A stretch of DNA of 64,000 nt from Eledone cirrhosa (GCA_964016885.1 OZ024743.1:343728001-343792000), one strand, 5' to 3'; positions 29,860 to 44,433 are shown, counted from the stretch's first letter. A program made the numbers and translations. Notes: generated from the sequence alone by a model not told the origin.

Positions 29860-32800
29860 GTTACTGATAGTGGTGGTGGTGGTGTTAGTGTTGTTACTGA
29901 TAGTGGTGGTGGTGGTGTTAGTGTTGTTACTGATAGTGGTGGTGGTGGTGTTAGTGTTGTTACTGATGATGTTGGTGGTGGCGACAGTAGTGTTGATAGT
30001 AATGGCGTTACCGATGATATTGCCGTTATTGGTTGTTGTGGTGGTGGTGGTGTTACTGGTGGGGAATATAGTGTTGTTACTGGTGAAGATGGTAGTGGTG
30101 GTGGTGTTGATGGTGTTGATGGTGTTGGTGTTGCTGATGGCGTTGGTGGTGTTGGTGGTGTTGGTGGTGGTGTTGGTGGTGTTGCTGGTGTTGATGATGT
30201 TGATGGTAATGGTGGTGTTGGTGGTGGTGTTGGTGGTGTTGTTACTGATGGTAATGGTGATGTTGGTGGCGTTGGTGGTGTTGGTGGTGTTGGTGGCGTT
30301 GGTGGTGTTGGTGGTTTTAGTGGTGTTGGTTTGGTGGTGTTGGTTTGGTGGTGTTGGTGGTGTTGGTGTTGCTGGTGGTTTTGGTTGTGTTGGTGGTGTT
30401 GTTACTAATGGTAATGGTGGTGTTGGTGTTGGTGGTGGTTTTGGTGGTGTTGGTGGTGTTGTTACTGATGGTAATGGTGGTGTTGGTGTTGCTGGTGGTT
30501 TTGGTAGTGTTGGTGGTGTTGGTAGTGGTGTTGGTGGTGTTGTTACTGATGGTAATGGTGGTGTTGGTGTTGGTGGTGGTTTTGGTGGTGTTGGTGGTGT
30601 TGTTACTGATGGTAATGGTGGTGTTGGTGTTGCTGGTGGTTTTGGTAGTGTTGGTGGTGTTGGTAGTGGTGTTGGTGGTGTTGTTACTGATGGTAATGGT
30701 GGTGTTGGTGGCGTTGGTGTTGGTGGTGTTGGTGGTGTTGGTGGTGTTGTTGGTGTTGTTACTGATGGTAATGGTGGTGTTGGTGGTGTTGTTACTGATG
30801 GTAATGGTGGTGTTGGTGGTGTTGTTACTGATGGTAATGGTGGTGTTGGTGGTGTTGGTGTTGCTGGTGGTTTTGGTGGTGTTGGTGGTGTTGTTACTGA
30901 TGGTAATGGTGGTGTTGGTGGTGTTGGGGGTGGTGGTGTTGGTGGTGGTGTTGGTGGTGTTGGGGGTGGTGGTGTTGGTGGTGTTGATGGTGGTGTTGGT
31001 GGTGGTGTTGGGGTTGGTGGTGTTGGTGGTGTTGGTGGTGTTGTTCCTGATGGTAATGGTGGTGTTGGTGGTGTTCGTGGTGTTGGGGGTGTTGTTGTTG
31101 GTGGGGGTGGGGGTGGTGTTGGAGGTGTTACTGATGGTAATGGTGGTGTTGGTGGTAGTGTTGGTGTTGTTGGTGGTGTTGTTGGTGGTGTTGGTGGTGT
31201 TGGTGGTGGTGGGGTTGGAGGTTTTACTGATGGTAATGGTGGTGTTGGTGGTGTTGGTGGTTTTGGTGGTGTTGGTGGTTTTGGTGGTGTTAGTGGTGTT
31301 GGTGGTGTTGGTGGTGTTGGTGGTTTTGGTGGTGTTGGTGGTGTTGATGGTGGGTGTTGGGGTGTTGGTGGTGGTGTTGGTGATGGTAATGGTGGTTTTG
31401 GTGGTGTTGGTGGTGTTGGTGGTGGGTGTTGGGCTGTTGGTGGTGGTGTTGGTGATGGTAATGGTGGTTTTGGTGGTGTTGGTGGTGTTAGTGGTGGGTG
31501 TTGGGGTGTTGGTGGTGGTGTTGGTGGTGCTGTTGGTGGTGTTGGTGGTGGGTGTTGGGGTGTTGGTGGTGTTGGTGGTGTTGGTGGTGGTGTTGGTGGT
31601 GTGTGTTGGAGTGTTGGTGGTGTTGGTGGTGTTGGTGATGTTGGTGGTGTTGGTGGTGGTGTTGGTGGTAGAGTTGGAGGTGGTGTTGGGGCTGGTGGTG
31701 TTGGGGCTGGTGGTGTTGGTGGTGGTGTTGGGTGGTGTTGGGGATGGTGGTGGTGGTGGTGGTGGTGTTGGTGGTGTTGGTGGTGTTGGTGATGGTGTTG
31801 GTGGTGGGTGTTGGGTGTGTTGGTGGTGGTGGTGGTGGTGTTGGTGGTGGTGGTGTTGGTGGTGGTGTTGGTGGTGTTGGTTGTGTTGGTGGTGGTGTTG
31901 GAGGTGTTGGGGTTGGGGGGTTGGGGTGGTGGTGTTGATGGTGTTGATGGTGTTGGTGGTGGTGTTGGTGGTGTTGGTGGTGTTGGTGGTGGTGTTGGAG
32001 GTGTTGTGGGTGGTGGTGGTGTTGATGGTGTTGATGGTGTTGGTGGTTTTGGTCGTGTTGGTGGATTTGGTGGTATTGGTGGTTTTGGTGGTGTTGGTTG
32101 TGTTGGTGGTGTTGGTGTTGTTGATAGTGGTGTTGGTGGTGGTGTTGGTGGGGGTGTTGATGGTGTTGATGGTGTTGGTGGTGTTGGTGGTGGTGTTGGG
32201 TGTGCTGGAGGTGGTCGTGGTGTTGGTGGTTTTGGTGGTTTTGGTGGTGTTGGTGGTGTTGCTTGTGTTGGTGTTGTTGGTGGTGTTGGTGTTGTTGGTG
32301 GTGTTGGTGGTATTGGTGGTTTTGGTGGTGTTGGTAGTTTTTGTGGTGTTGGTGGTGTTAGTGGTGTTGGTGGTGTTGGTGGTTTTGGTGGTGTTGGTGG
32401 TTTTGGTGGTGTTGGTGTTGTTGGTGGTGTTGGTGGTGTTGGTGGTGGTGGGGTTGGAGGTTTTACTGATGGTAATGGTGGTGTTGGTGGTGTTGGTGGT
32501 TTTGGTGGTGTTGGTGGTTTTGGTGGTGTTAGTGGTGTTGGTGGTGTTGGTGGTGTTGGTGGTTTTGGTGGTGTTGGTGGTGTTGATGGTGGGTGTTGGG
32601 GTGTTGGTGGTGGTGTTGGTGATGGTAATGGTGGTTTTGGTGGTGTTGGTGGTGTTGGTGGTGGGTGTTGGGCTGTTGGTGGTGGTGTTGGTGATGGTAA
32701 TGGTGGTTTTGGTGGTGTTGGTGGTGTTAGTGGTGGGTGTTGGGGTGTTGGTGGTGGTGTTGGTGGTGCTGTTGGTGGTGTTGGTGGTGGGTGTTGGGGT

Positions 32801-35300
32801 GTTGGTGGTGTTGGTGGTGTTGGTGGTGGTGTTGGTGGTGTGTGTTGGAGTGTTGGTGGTGTTGGTGGTGTTGGTGATGTTGGTGGTGTTGGTGGTGGTG
32901 TTGGTGGTAGAGTTGGAGGTGGTGTTGGGGCTGGTGGTGTTGGGGCTGGTGGTGTTGGTGGTGGTGTTGGGTGGTGTTGGGGATGGTGGTGGTGGTGGTG
33001 TGGTGTTGGTGGTGTTGGTGGTGTTGGTGATGGTGTTGGTGGTGGGTGTTGGGTGTGTTGGTGGTGGTGGTGGTGGTGTTGGTGGTGTTGGTGGTGGTGG
33101 TGTTGGTGGTGGTGGTGTTGGTGGTGTTGGTGGTGGTGTTGGAGGTGTTGGGGTTGGGGGGTTGGGGTGGTGGTGTTGATGGTGTTGATGGTGTTGGTGG
33201 TGGTGTTGGTGGTGTTGGTGGTGTTGGTGGTGGTGTTGGAGGTGTTGTGGGTGGTGGTGGTGTTGATGGTGTTGATGGTGTTGGTGGTTTTGGTCGTGTT
33301 GGTGGGTTTGGTGGTATTGGTGGTTTTGGTGGTGTTGGTTGTGTTGGTGGTGTTGGTGTTGTTGATAGTGGTGTTGGTGGTGGTGTTGGTGGGGGTGTTG
33401 ATGGTGTTGATGGTGTTGGTGGTGTTGGTGGTGGTGTTGGGTGTGCTGGAGGTGGTCGTGGTGTTGGTGGTTTTGGTGGTTTTGGTGGTGTTGGTGGTGT
33501 TGCTTGTGTTGGTGTTGTTGGTGGTGTTGGTGTTGTTGGTGGTGTTGGTGGTATTGGTGGTTTTGGTGGTGTTGGTAGTTTTTGTGGTGTTGGTGGTGTT
33601 AGTGGTGTTGGTGGTGTTGGTGGTTTTGGTGGTGTTGGTGGTTTTGGTGGTGTTGGTGTTGTTGGTGGTGTTGGTGGTATTGGTGGTGTTGGTGGTGGGT
33701 GTTGGTGGTGGTGGTGGTGGTGGTGGTGGTGTTGTTGGTGGTGGTGTTGGTGGTGGTGTTGGTGGTGTTGGTGGTAGAGTTGGTGGTGGTGTTCGTGGTG
33801 GTGTTGGTGTTGGTGGTGGTGTTGGTGGTGTTAGTGGTGTTGGTGGTGTTGGTGGTTTTGGTGGTGTTGGTGGTTTTGGTGGTGTTGGTGTTGTTGGTGG
33901 TGTTGGTGGTGTTGGTGGTGTTGGTGGTGGGTGTTGGTGGTGGTGGTGGTGGTGGTGGTGTTGGTGGTGGTGTTGGTGGTGGTGTTGGTGGTGTTGGTGG
34001 TAGAGTTGGTGGTGGTGTTCGTGGTGGTGTTGGTGTTGGTGGTGGTGTTGGTGGTGTTGGTGGTAGAGTTGGTGGTGGTGTTTGGGCTGGTGGTGTTGGT
34101 GGTGGTGTTGGGGGTGTTGGGGGTGGTGGTCGTGTTGATGGTGTTGGTGTTGTTGGTGGTGTTGGTGGTGGTGTTGATGGTGTTGGTGGTGTTGGTGGTG
34201 GTGTTGGGGGTATTGGGATTAGTGGTGGTGTTGATGGTGTTGATGTTGTTGGTGGTGTTGGTGGTGTTGGTGGTGTTGTTGGTGGTGGTGTTGGTGGTGT
34301 TGGGGTTGGTGGTGTTGATGTTGGATGTTTTACTGATGGTAATGGTGGTGTTGGTGGTGTTGGTGGTTTTGGTGGTGTTGGTGGTGTTGTTGTTGGTGTT
34401 GGTGTTGTTGGTGGTGTTGGTGGTGTTGGTGGTGTTAGTGGTTTTGAAGGTGTTGGTGGTGTTGTTGTTGGTGTTGGTGTTGTTGGTGGTGTTGGTGGTG
34501 TTGGTGGTGTTGGTGGTGTTGGTGGTGCTGGTGGTGTTGGTGATGGTAATGGTGGGTTTGGTGTTGTTGATGGTGTTGGTGGTGTTGGTGTTGTTGGTGG
34601 TGTTGGTGATGTTAATGGTGGTTTTAGTGGTGTTGGTGGTGTTGGTGGTGTTGTTGGTGTTGGTGATGGTAATGGTGGTGTTGGTGGTGTTGGTGGTGTT
34701 GGTGATGGTAATGGTGGTGCTGCTGGTGTTGGTGGTGTTGGTGTTGGTGTTATTGGTGGTGTTGGTGATGGTAATTGTGGTTTTGGTGGTGTTGGTGATG
34801 GTAATGGTGGGTTTGGTGGTGTTGGTGATGTTGGGGGTGTTGGTGATGTTGGTGGTGTTGGTGATGTTGGGGGTGTTGGTGATGTTGGTGGTGTTGGTGA
34901 TGTTGGTGGTGGTGTTGGTAGTGTTTTTTTGGTGATGGTGGTTTTGGTGTTGTTGGTGTTGCTGTTGGTGTTTGTGATGGTGGTGTTTGTGGTGTTGCTG
35001 TTTTTGGTAGTGGTGGTGTTGTTGGTGGTGGTGTTGTTTGTGTTGGTGGTGTTGATGGTGTTGGTGTTGGTGGTGTTGGTGTTGGTGTTGGTGTTGGTGT
35101 TCATGGTGTTGGTGGAGTTAATGGTGTTGGTGTTGGTGTTGGTGGTGTTGGTGGTAGTGTTGATGGTGTTGATGGTGCTGGTGGTGTTGGTGGTGGTGTT
35201 GAATGGTGTTGATGGTGCTGGTGGTGTTGGTGGTGTTGGTGGTGTTGATGGTGGTGTTGGTGGTGTTTGTGGAGTTGGTGGTGTTGGTGGTGTTGCTAGT
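29860..35300. repeat. Degenerate (GGT/GTT)n low-complexity satellite with an internal duplication of about 1.24 kb
   Basis: gggttggaggttttactgatggtaat at 31212 and 32451, followed by matching sequence. Confidence 0.92.
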
Positions 35301-35608
35301 GATAGTGTTAGTGCTAGTATTGGCTGTAGTGACAGTGGTGATAATAATGGATGCGTTAATGCCGCGATTTCTGATATGAACAGTAAAATCTCATGAATAA
35401 CCTACCTGCCCACATCTCAACCCTCACTCACAACAGCCAACCATTGTCAAGATAGTGACATTATGGTGGTGGTGGTGGCGGCGGTCATGGTGGTGTTTAG
35501 TGGTTCTTTTGTTTTTTTGTTAAAGTTTTATTTTAATGAAAATTAAAACAATTCAAATTAGGTATATTAATCACCGTTAAGATTGTCGATAGAATGAGAG
35601 TAATGGAG

Positions 35609-35690
<82 letters not shown>

Positions 35691-35780
35691 GTGGGGGAGG
35701 GGTGTAGAGAGAGAGAAGGAGGCAAAGACAGTTAGATTGAGAGTAAGGGAGAAAGGGCGGAAGAAGAGGGAGAGAGAGTT

Positions 35781-35843
<63 letters not shown>

Positions 35844-36086
35844 GATTGAGAGGTGAAGAGAATGACAGTAAGACAAAGAGAGGATGGGAGAGATGTCAGG
35901 AAGGGTGGTGGTGGGAGTGAAGAAGGGGTTCATGAGATAACTTGATATCTAATGAAATAAATCACATCCAACTCCCACTTGGCTGATCGCTAGTCATATC
36001 ATTATTCCCATGATTGGAATCATTGTATGCATATGTACACACACACACACACGCACACAGATACACACACAGACATACACACACAG

Positions 36087-36118
<32 letters not shown>

Positions 36119-36345
36119 GTACAGACACACATACACACATACACGCACACACACACACACATGCACACACATACACACATACACAGACACACACACACAC
36201 ATACACACATACACAGACATACAGACACACAGACCCAGACACACAGACACAGACACACACACACATATACATACACACATACACATACGCATACACACGC
36301 ACACACACACGCACGCACACACACACACACGCACACACACACACA

Positions 36346-36560
36346 TGTGGGCATGACTTGGTTGAGTGGTTAAGACATTTGCTTCGCAATCAGGAGTTCG
36401 CGAGTTCAGTCCCACTTCGGGCTATCTTAGGCAAGTCTCTTTACCATAGTCTTGTGTTGACCAAGACTTATGAGTGAAATTGGGTAGAGGGAAATTGTGT
36501 GAATGTCTGTCGGATGGGCTATGCGCGTAATTCAAAGGTCCAACCTTGTCACACATTGTG
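36346..36560 (+). mobile_element. Diverged tRNA-derived SINE
   Basis: tggttgagtggttaag A box, gagttcagtccc B box. Confidence 0.6.
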
Positions 36561-37774
36561 TCAAATACACACTCGATACACACTCAGATACACACCCATA
36601 GCCATACACACAGAAACATGCTCACACAAACACACGCATAGAAGCACACATACACAAACACACACATACATATACACAAACATATACATACTCAGATATA
36701 CACTCTGGCGTGTGCATACACGCAAACACATATACATTTATACACACAGAGGCACATACAGAAGCACACAGAAACACACAAACAGACATACACACTCACA
36801 CGTGCATACACGCATACAAAAACACATACCCCCCACACACAAACACACACACACTACCAACAGAGTCGAATTATTAACAAGGTTGATTAGGCCAAAGTTT
36901 AGGCCACCCAGCAGGGACTAGAGGCCCATCAGTTTTTTTTTTTGTAGTGGGGTAAAAAATTGAAGTTCCTGAAGTGACCCAAAATACTTGAAAATCTAGG
37001 TGCCCGGCCATAGGTAAATACAGCCTAGACTAACCATCCCACCTTCGATAATTGGGATAAACCTTTGATTGACTCGCTGGTTTCCTCTTTGAACTCAATC
37101 ATAGGCACAAGGCAAAATAAATAAATACCTTCAATTGGTGATGACAATAATAGTTTCAATTGTTCTATCAATCGAATGGCAAGCTCGTCAAATTAAAGTG
37201 TAAGTGGCTGAGTATTCCACAAATGTGGTGTTATGCTCCCGTACCTCCTGACAGAGAGGTAGGGGTGCCGTAATGACATACAACGTTTCTTGGGCATTTT
37301 AAGTCTGGCGGAATCCAGCAGATTTCTTCCAGAAAAAGATAGAAAGTGAGAGAGAGGAAATGAGAATATAAAGAAAAAAATCGACCCCAGTATTAGACTT
37401 CGAAAGGATGAAAAAGGGATTTGAACTCAGAGAGCAGTGAGCCGGAATGAATACCATAAAGCAATCTATCCGACGTTCTAACGACTCTGCCAATTCGACG
37501 CCTATTTTCCACAACTACATTTACCTTTAACATAATTTTCAGGGTGAATCAACATGAAACAATATTTGACAAATTTAGACTTTTGAATTAGAATTACAAT
37601 CAACCTGATAGGCTTCCAAACGGTTTCCGTCTACCTAATATCTCGTACCAGCCTTGGCTCAAGTCGTGACTATGGCAAAAGACTCTTGACTGTATGTATG
37701 TATGTATGTATGTATGTATGTATGTATGTATGTATGTATGTATGTATGTATGTATGTATGTATGTATGTATGTA

Positions 37775-38266
37775 TCAAAGGGCAAAGGAGCTCTTAAGAG
37801 TCAATGGCCATCCAAAATCACCGGGAGAGATGACCCCTTAGCCTTTGTCAAGGCAGAATTCTAGGAGAAGGAAAACTCTGATATAACACCTGCAACCCTG
37901 ATGGTATCCAATGATGTTGACTTGTTCTTCTTTTTGGTAAATATCATCTTGGTTAAGAGAGTGGGACTGGTTTTGTGCAGTGCCTTTGCTCACTATAAAA
38001 GCTTCACGGCACAGGCATTGCTTTATATCTGGAGATCTCTCTGCACTTGCCGTCACATGGTACCATGGGCCCAGCACTATGTGACAATAATTGTCACAAG
38101 TGTAGTCTTTGTACCAGAGTTTTCAAGTCGCTAGCTGGACTAAAAAGTGACACTCGTTCAGCGCATCGGTAGGGGTTCTCCTACATGGATATAAAGTAGT
38201 GGCCGTACTCGAAAACGAGTTGGAAGCCACCATGTATGTATGTATGTATGTATGTATGTATGTATG

Positions 38267-38300
<34 letters not shown>

Positions 38301-38826
38301 TGTATGTAAGGTTTCTTGGTGAGGAGGGTGACTTTGGACATCCTGCAGGACTAAAAACAAAACCTGTCAAAGGGCAAAGGAGCTCTTAAGAGTCAATGGC
38401 CATCCAAAATCACCGGGAGCGATGACCCCTTAGCCTTTGTCAAGGCAGAATTCTAGGAGAAGGAAAACTCTGATATAACACCTACAACCCTGATGGTATC
38501 CAATGATGTTGACTTGTTCTTCTTTTTGGTAAATATCATCTTGGTTAAGAGAGTGGGACTGACTTTGAGCAGTGCCTTTGCTCACTATAAAAGCTTCACG
38601 GCACAGGCATTTCTTTATAGCTGGAGATCTCTCTGCACCTGTCGTCACATGGTACCATGGGCCCAGCACTATATGTCAATAATTGTCACAAGTGTAGTGT
38701 TTGTACCAGAGTTTTCAAGTCGCTGGCTGGACTAAAAAGTCAAATTCGTTCAGCGCATCGGTAGGGGTTCTCCTTCATGGATATAAAGTAGTGGCCGTAC
38801 TCTACTCGAAAAGGAGTTGGCAGCCA

Positions 38827-38829
<3 letters not shown>
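37775..38829 (+). mobile_element. Two tandem 5'-truncated copies (37775-38231, 38308-38829) of a non-autonomous RTE-like element in (ATGT)n
   Basis: Near-identical copies; ctaggagaaggaaaactctga motif recalled from RTE 5' UTRs; no ORF. Confidence 0.72.
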
Positions 38830-38885
<56 letters not shown>

Positions 38886-39004
38886 TGGATAGATATATAG
38901 ATATGAATATACACACTCATACATACATACATGCATACATACATATATACATACATACATACATACATACATACATACATACATACATACATACATACAT
39001 ACAT

Positions 39005-40340
39005 AGTGGAAGAGCTGTGCCCTCCTCTAGAAATCTCGAGATGAACGGCCTGACAATACAACCTCTACAGTCAGGTGACAACTACAGATATCTTGGACAG
39101 GATGAGAATGTCAGATATGATGGACCCATAAATAAGGAGAGAACCAGAACTGAATACCTCAGAAGATTAAAGAAAATATGGTCATCAGAACTAATCAGAA
39201 CTGTCAGCGTACAACAAATACATTGCCCACAATACTTATGCTGTGCCAATTCTAACGCCAACATTTGGCCTGCTCAACTGGTCATTGCAAGAACTAAGTG
39301 AGATGGATGTTAGAACTCGCAAACTTCTCAGTGTTACTGGGAACTTTAACATCAATGGTGATGTGGATAGGCTATACTTCTCACGCAAGGAAGGTGGCCG
39401 GGGTCTAAAATCCATATTAACATCATATGAGACCCGGATAGTAACCTTGAAGCAATATCTTCAACAGAGGAAAAAGTTTGGCAACCGTCTTACCCAGGTT
39501 TATGAGCATGAAAAAAAAATATCATTAGAATAGCCACTGATCTGGAGGAGAGATATGGAATAAAGCCTGATATAAATCTCTCACCCAGAGAAATCGGAAG
39601 ATCCTATTCAATGTTCAAACAAGATAAAAGAAGTGACCAATTTACAGAAAAAGTTGTGCATGGATACTGAGACGTAAAACTCAGACCATAGAGGGGATAA
39701 ACCACTCAAAAAGCCTGGCATCGAGTTCCGACAAGTTTATGATATCACACCTTGAGGGATATCTCTATGCAATACAGGAACAAGAACTCCCTACCAAATA
39801 TCTGCTGCACAAAAGGGGAGGGCCATCAGCTGACAATAAATGTAGGCTATGTAAAACAAAGATCGAGGATGTAAGCCACATTGTTGCCAGCTGCGAAAGA
39901 ATGTCATCTCGATACTACCTCTCCATGAGACACGATGGGATAGCTAGAACCATCTGGAACGCACTTAGGAAAACAAAATTAACAACAAACGAGGAAGAAT
40001 ATATTGAGACAGATGGCACTAAGGAATACTGGTAGAACCTGAAAATAAAAACTGCCACCAAATTAAAGCACAACCGGCCTGATATTGTTGTTTGGATCCA
40101 CACATTGAAAACGTGTTCTGTTGTGGAGATCAGCTGCCCACTTGTGTAAACGTTGTCAGAAAAATACAGGAGAAGGAGGAGATCTACGGACCATTGATGA
40201 GGAGTTTACAAATCCAGTATCCAAGATACACCTTTAGCTTCATACCCATCATTATTGGAGCTACGGGTTATATACCAACCCGCTTGGACCAAAGTATGAC
40301 TGAACTTGGATTTGCGGACAAAGAGCGCAGCTCCCTAATT
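39005..40340 (+). mobile_element. 5'-truncated R4/Dong-clade non-LTR retrotransposon: RT C-terminus, CCHC knuckle and REL endonuclease, pseudogenised
   Basis: YRYLG, DVDRLYFSRKEGGRGL, AIQEQELPT, CRLC..EDVSHIVASC..RHDGIA, KHNRPDIVV, IPIIIGATG; stops and frameshifts. Confidence 0.9.
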
Positions 40341-40345
40341 CATAT

Positions 40346-40650
40346 AAGAACAAGTCAACATCATTGGATACCATCAGGGTTGCAGGTGTTATATCAGAGT
40401 TTTCCTTCTTCTAGAATTCTGCCTTGACAAAGGCTAAGGGGTCATCTCTCCCGATGATTTTGGATGGCCATTGACTCTTAAGAGCTCCTTTGCCCTTTGA
40501 CAGGTTTTGTTTTTAGTCCTGCAGGATGTCCAAAGTCACCCACCTCACCAAGAAACCTTGGTGGGGTTGCCAGTTTAGTCGCCAACGACCCGATCATGAG
40601 ACAGGTTGTACTGGGATACATGTTACCAGTAGCACCAACTGGTGACCTGA
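40346..40650 (-). mobile_element. 5' portion of the same RTE-like non-autonomous element
   Basis: Reverse complement matches 38308-38520 and extends about 90 nt further 5'. Confidence 0.75.
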
Positions 40651-41819
40651 CATACATGCATGCATGCATACATACATACATACTTACATACATACATACA
40701 TACATAATACATACATACATACATATATATATGCATACATACATACATACATAAATACATACATACATACATGCATACATACATAAATACATATATGCAT
40801 ACATATATACATAAATATATACATACATACATACATACATACATACATACATACATACATACATACATACATACATACATACATACATACATACATACAT
40901 AATATTGAACCAAGTGATTGATTTGTGCGACCAAAATAACACCACACACATATTGGGTCGGCAATGAATTAGGAATATTGGATCCTCCGTCAATGTCCAG
41001 GTAAGCACAAATAGATTTCTATCTGCATTGAAATTCACGAACTTGTGCATCTGCTGTGGGGTCAAACACAAACGCACACGACCGCACAGATGAGCGATGG
41101 ACTATGCCATGTGGGTTGAACTTGCAAGTGAATTGAAGGATGTGTAACTCTGATATACATATTATTTATTATTAAGATGTATAAACTTGACACAACTATT
41201 ATTATCATCTTATATTCTCTCAACTAATCACATTTGATTATATTTCTCTCTCCCGTTTTCTCCCGCCATATTTATAATATTTTTATTTGACAAAATCTGT
41301 TTTTTTACATTGTGTTTTTCCCGTTCTAATACTTGCTTATATTTCTTATATATTCTCTCTATATTTTTTATATATATTTTTTTATCTTTATTCTTATTTT
41401 CATTTTTATCCTCCTTTATATTTTACCTTATTCTTACTTTTATACCTTATTATAGTGTAATCTTCCCCATGCCTTATTATACATTATTAATTATAGATTA
41501 TTATTATTACTCTTATTCCATTTCTAATTACCTCATGTACTTTCTCCTCCGTTATATATATATTGTATGCCCTTTGTGTGTGTGTAGCCTCTGCACACCC
41601 TCTGCACCCTACTATCGACGCCACCCCATCTATGGCTCCACTAACCACTCGACTCCCGGGAATGAATATGACCACAGCTAGTAAACAAGGACCCACACCC
41701 CACCCTCCCGCACCAAAATTAGACTTATTGTCCCCTGCTTTTGCTCTTTACTCTCTTTACTCTTTGTTCTTGAATGTTTGGTTGGTAGAGTTCATAACAC
41801 CAATCAAACCCCTTTTATA

Positions 41820-41864
41820 GCTCTGACGAATCCTACGGTTACGTAAGGAAGAAACATTGTAAGC
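41820..41864 (+). ncRNA. Type I hammerhead ribozyme followed by AATAAA
   Basis: gct-CTGACGA-a tcct acg gtta cgt a agga a-GAAAC-att-GTA-agc-caataaa. Confidence 0.75.
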
Positions 41865-42003
41865 CAATAAAAATGTTTTGATGTTGTAGACGCTCTTGTG
41901 TTCTTTATCATATATACGGCTCTGCTCCAAAGCATAGAGCTAATTATTATGCTGCCAATACCTTAATGGGACACGGGTATACAATACCTAACTCCTATTA
42001 ACC

Positions 42004-42127
<124 letters not shown>

Positions 42128-42974
42128 AATGTGTCTGTTGACACCTGGAATATAGCTTAAGAGAAACATGACAATAATGATATGATAGACCCCCAATATT
42201 TTGAACTGGTTTATAGAATTCTCTTGGCTTTTGTCACTCTAAGTAGATCTTTAAAGAATTAGCTTTTAAAGAATTTCCCTTTTCTTTAAATCCATCGACC
42301 ATGCCCGGCCCCCAACCATCTTATAGACACCTGAAATATAGGCATTGTTAGCTTAAGAGAAACTTAAAAATAAGGAGTGGCACCCCAATCTGAACTTGTA
42401 TATAGAATTCTTTCTGCCTTTGTCACTCTAAATATAAATTATAGCCTTAAAGAATTAGCTTTTAATGAATTCCCTTTTCTTTCAACCAATGACCTCCACC
42501 CATCCCACTCCCCACCCTCTCCTACCACCTGAATGGTTTAATGGTAGCTATGATGCTTCCATAGGCGGTATGCCAGTTGAGCACTCTATGTTCTTACAGA
42601 GCAGAGTGTGATATAATATAAAACGAAAAATCAGTGATGCATCTGGACTCAGTTTATTGTGTGTTACAATTGTTTCGCCGGCAGATAGCTCGAGACACGA
42701 TCATTGTATAGATCTGTCTGATATATATATATATACAATAAACTGAGTCCAGATGCATCACTGATTTTTCATTTTATACTATATATTATATATATATATA
42801 AATACATTATCGGAGAAAGCTAATAGCGATACTCCGACCAAATTCCAACTCACTCAACAAACATTAGGAAATAAGTGAGTATATTCCTAATTAAACGTTC
42901 CGGGTGCTAACTAATTGTATTGTGTGGAAAATTGGCTGTATTATTTCATATGAGATATATCAAATATATCTCTT

Positions 42975-43101
42975 CCCAGACGGACGTCTCGTTTCATTAT
43001 AAGATTCCTACAAGTTGGGTGAAATTATACCAATTTATGTAGAAGCTTGTATAAGATCAACAGATACTTATTCAAGTGGGCTCTTATAATTCTTCAGTGC
43101 G
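42975..43101 (-). ncRNA. Type I hammerhead with long stem II (family of 45181)
   Basis: cgca-CTGAAGA-attataaga..tcttataat-GAAAC-gagacgtcc-GTC-tggg. Confidence 0.72.
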
Positions 43102-43454
43102 TGCCCAATAATATTAATATTGATAACCAAATCAACATCAATATTTAGCGATAATCACCATCAGTGCTTGAGGTAGTTGCTAGGTTGCTAGCCCAGCAGT
43201 TCTAAAGAAATTCTCATACTGTCTCAAAAAAAAGAGACGAAGGAGATTACCGCCAAAAAACAATACATGCGCAGGACAATGAATTCTCAAAGGAATTCAA
43301 GCCACGTGCTAGAACTCAATTGGAATTTGAAAACATATCCATATGTGTACATCGTTTGATAACACACAGATATTTTCTCGGGCAAAATAACAGAATGAGA
43401 TACAAGAAACAATCAATATTCATATATAAAAATAAACAAAGTAAATATATAAGA

Positions 43455-43517
<63 letters not shown>

Positions 43518-44151
43518 GAGAGAGAAAGAGATAGAGAGAGAGGAGAGAGGGAAGGTGATAAAAAGGGAGAGAGAGAGAGAGAAAAGGGATAATATAGACT
43601 ATACGATTAGGTAAAGAAGAGAGAGAGGAACAATGTAGCAGATAACGAGGTGGTGATGGAGTAAAAGAATTAACAAGAGAGGAGGAGGGTGAGTTGAAGA
43701 ATAGTTGAGTAGAAGGTGGTGGGGAAAGAGAAGAAAGTAGGGCGGCGTTCCAGGTAATCAGTCTAAATGTTATATAAAATGGACAGCCGTCAGTTTCAAC
43801 GATGAGTGTTCCAGTTGTCCGATCAACGGAACAACCTGTTTATTAAATTAATGTGTAAGTGGCTGAGTATTCCACAGACATTACCGCAATTCCCAGTGAA
43901 ATTCAACAGAGTTGCATCCCTATATAGAAAAAACATTAAAAAGAAACCAAATCACAGCATACGATTAAAGACAGCCAAAAGTTGCCTCCCCTGATATAAC
44001 GTTCAAATTTTGATTTGTATTTTATATGTAATTTTAAGCATAGAGAAACAGATTTATTTAGATAATATATATTCATGTATATTCTTTGTCTACTCCACCT
44101 AGCGGATTGTGGGCATACTGGGGTACAACCACACACACACACACACACACT

Positions 44152-44205
<54 letters not shown>

Positions 44206-44207
<2 letters not shown>

Positions 44208-44387
44208 AAAAGAGTCAGGACCCCGACGGCTGAGCTCCGGCCGTTTCGAGAGCTAGATCCGAGCTGTCGAAACGGCCGGAGCTCAGCCGTCGAGGTCCTT
44301 ACTTTTTTTCTATTACCCACTCTACTACCCTAAGAATCGAGTGCTCTGGTGCATTATGGTCCACCTGGTTTCTTACCACACTTTCTT

Positions 44388-44393
<6 letters not shown>
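44206..44393 (+). mobile_element. Family F fragment, palindrome centred on putative stem II
   Basis: gagagct agatcc gagctgtc-GAAAC-ggccggagctcagcc-GTC; 3' tail homologous to 27115-27197. Confidence 0.72.

Positions 44394-44433
<40 letters not shown>

Noticed and set aside
29770-35396. Long Gly/Val-rich (+) or Pro/Thr mucin-like (-) ORFs
   Set aside because: Triplet satellite lacking stops by composition; repeated frameshifts, no signal peptide or domain, and the flank belongs to an interspersed repeat
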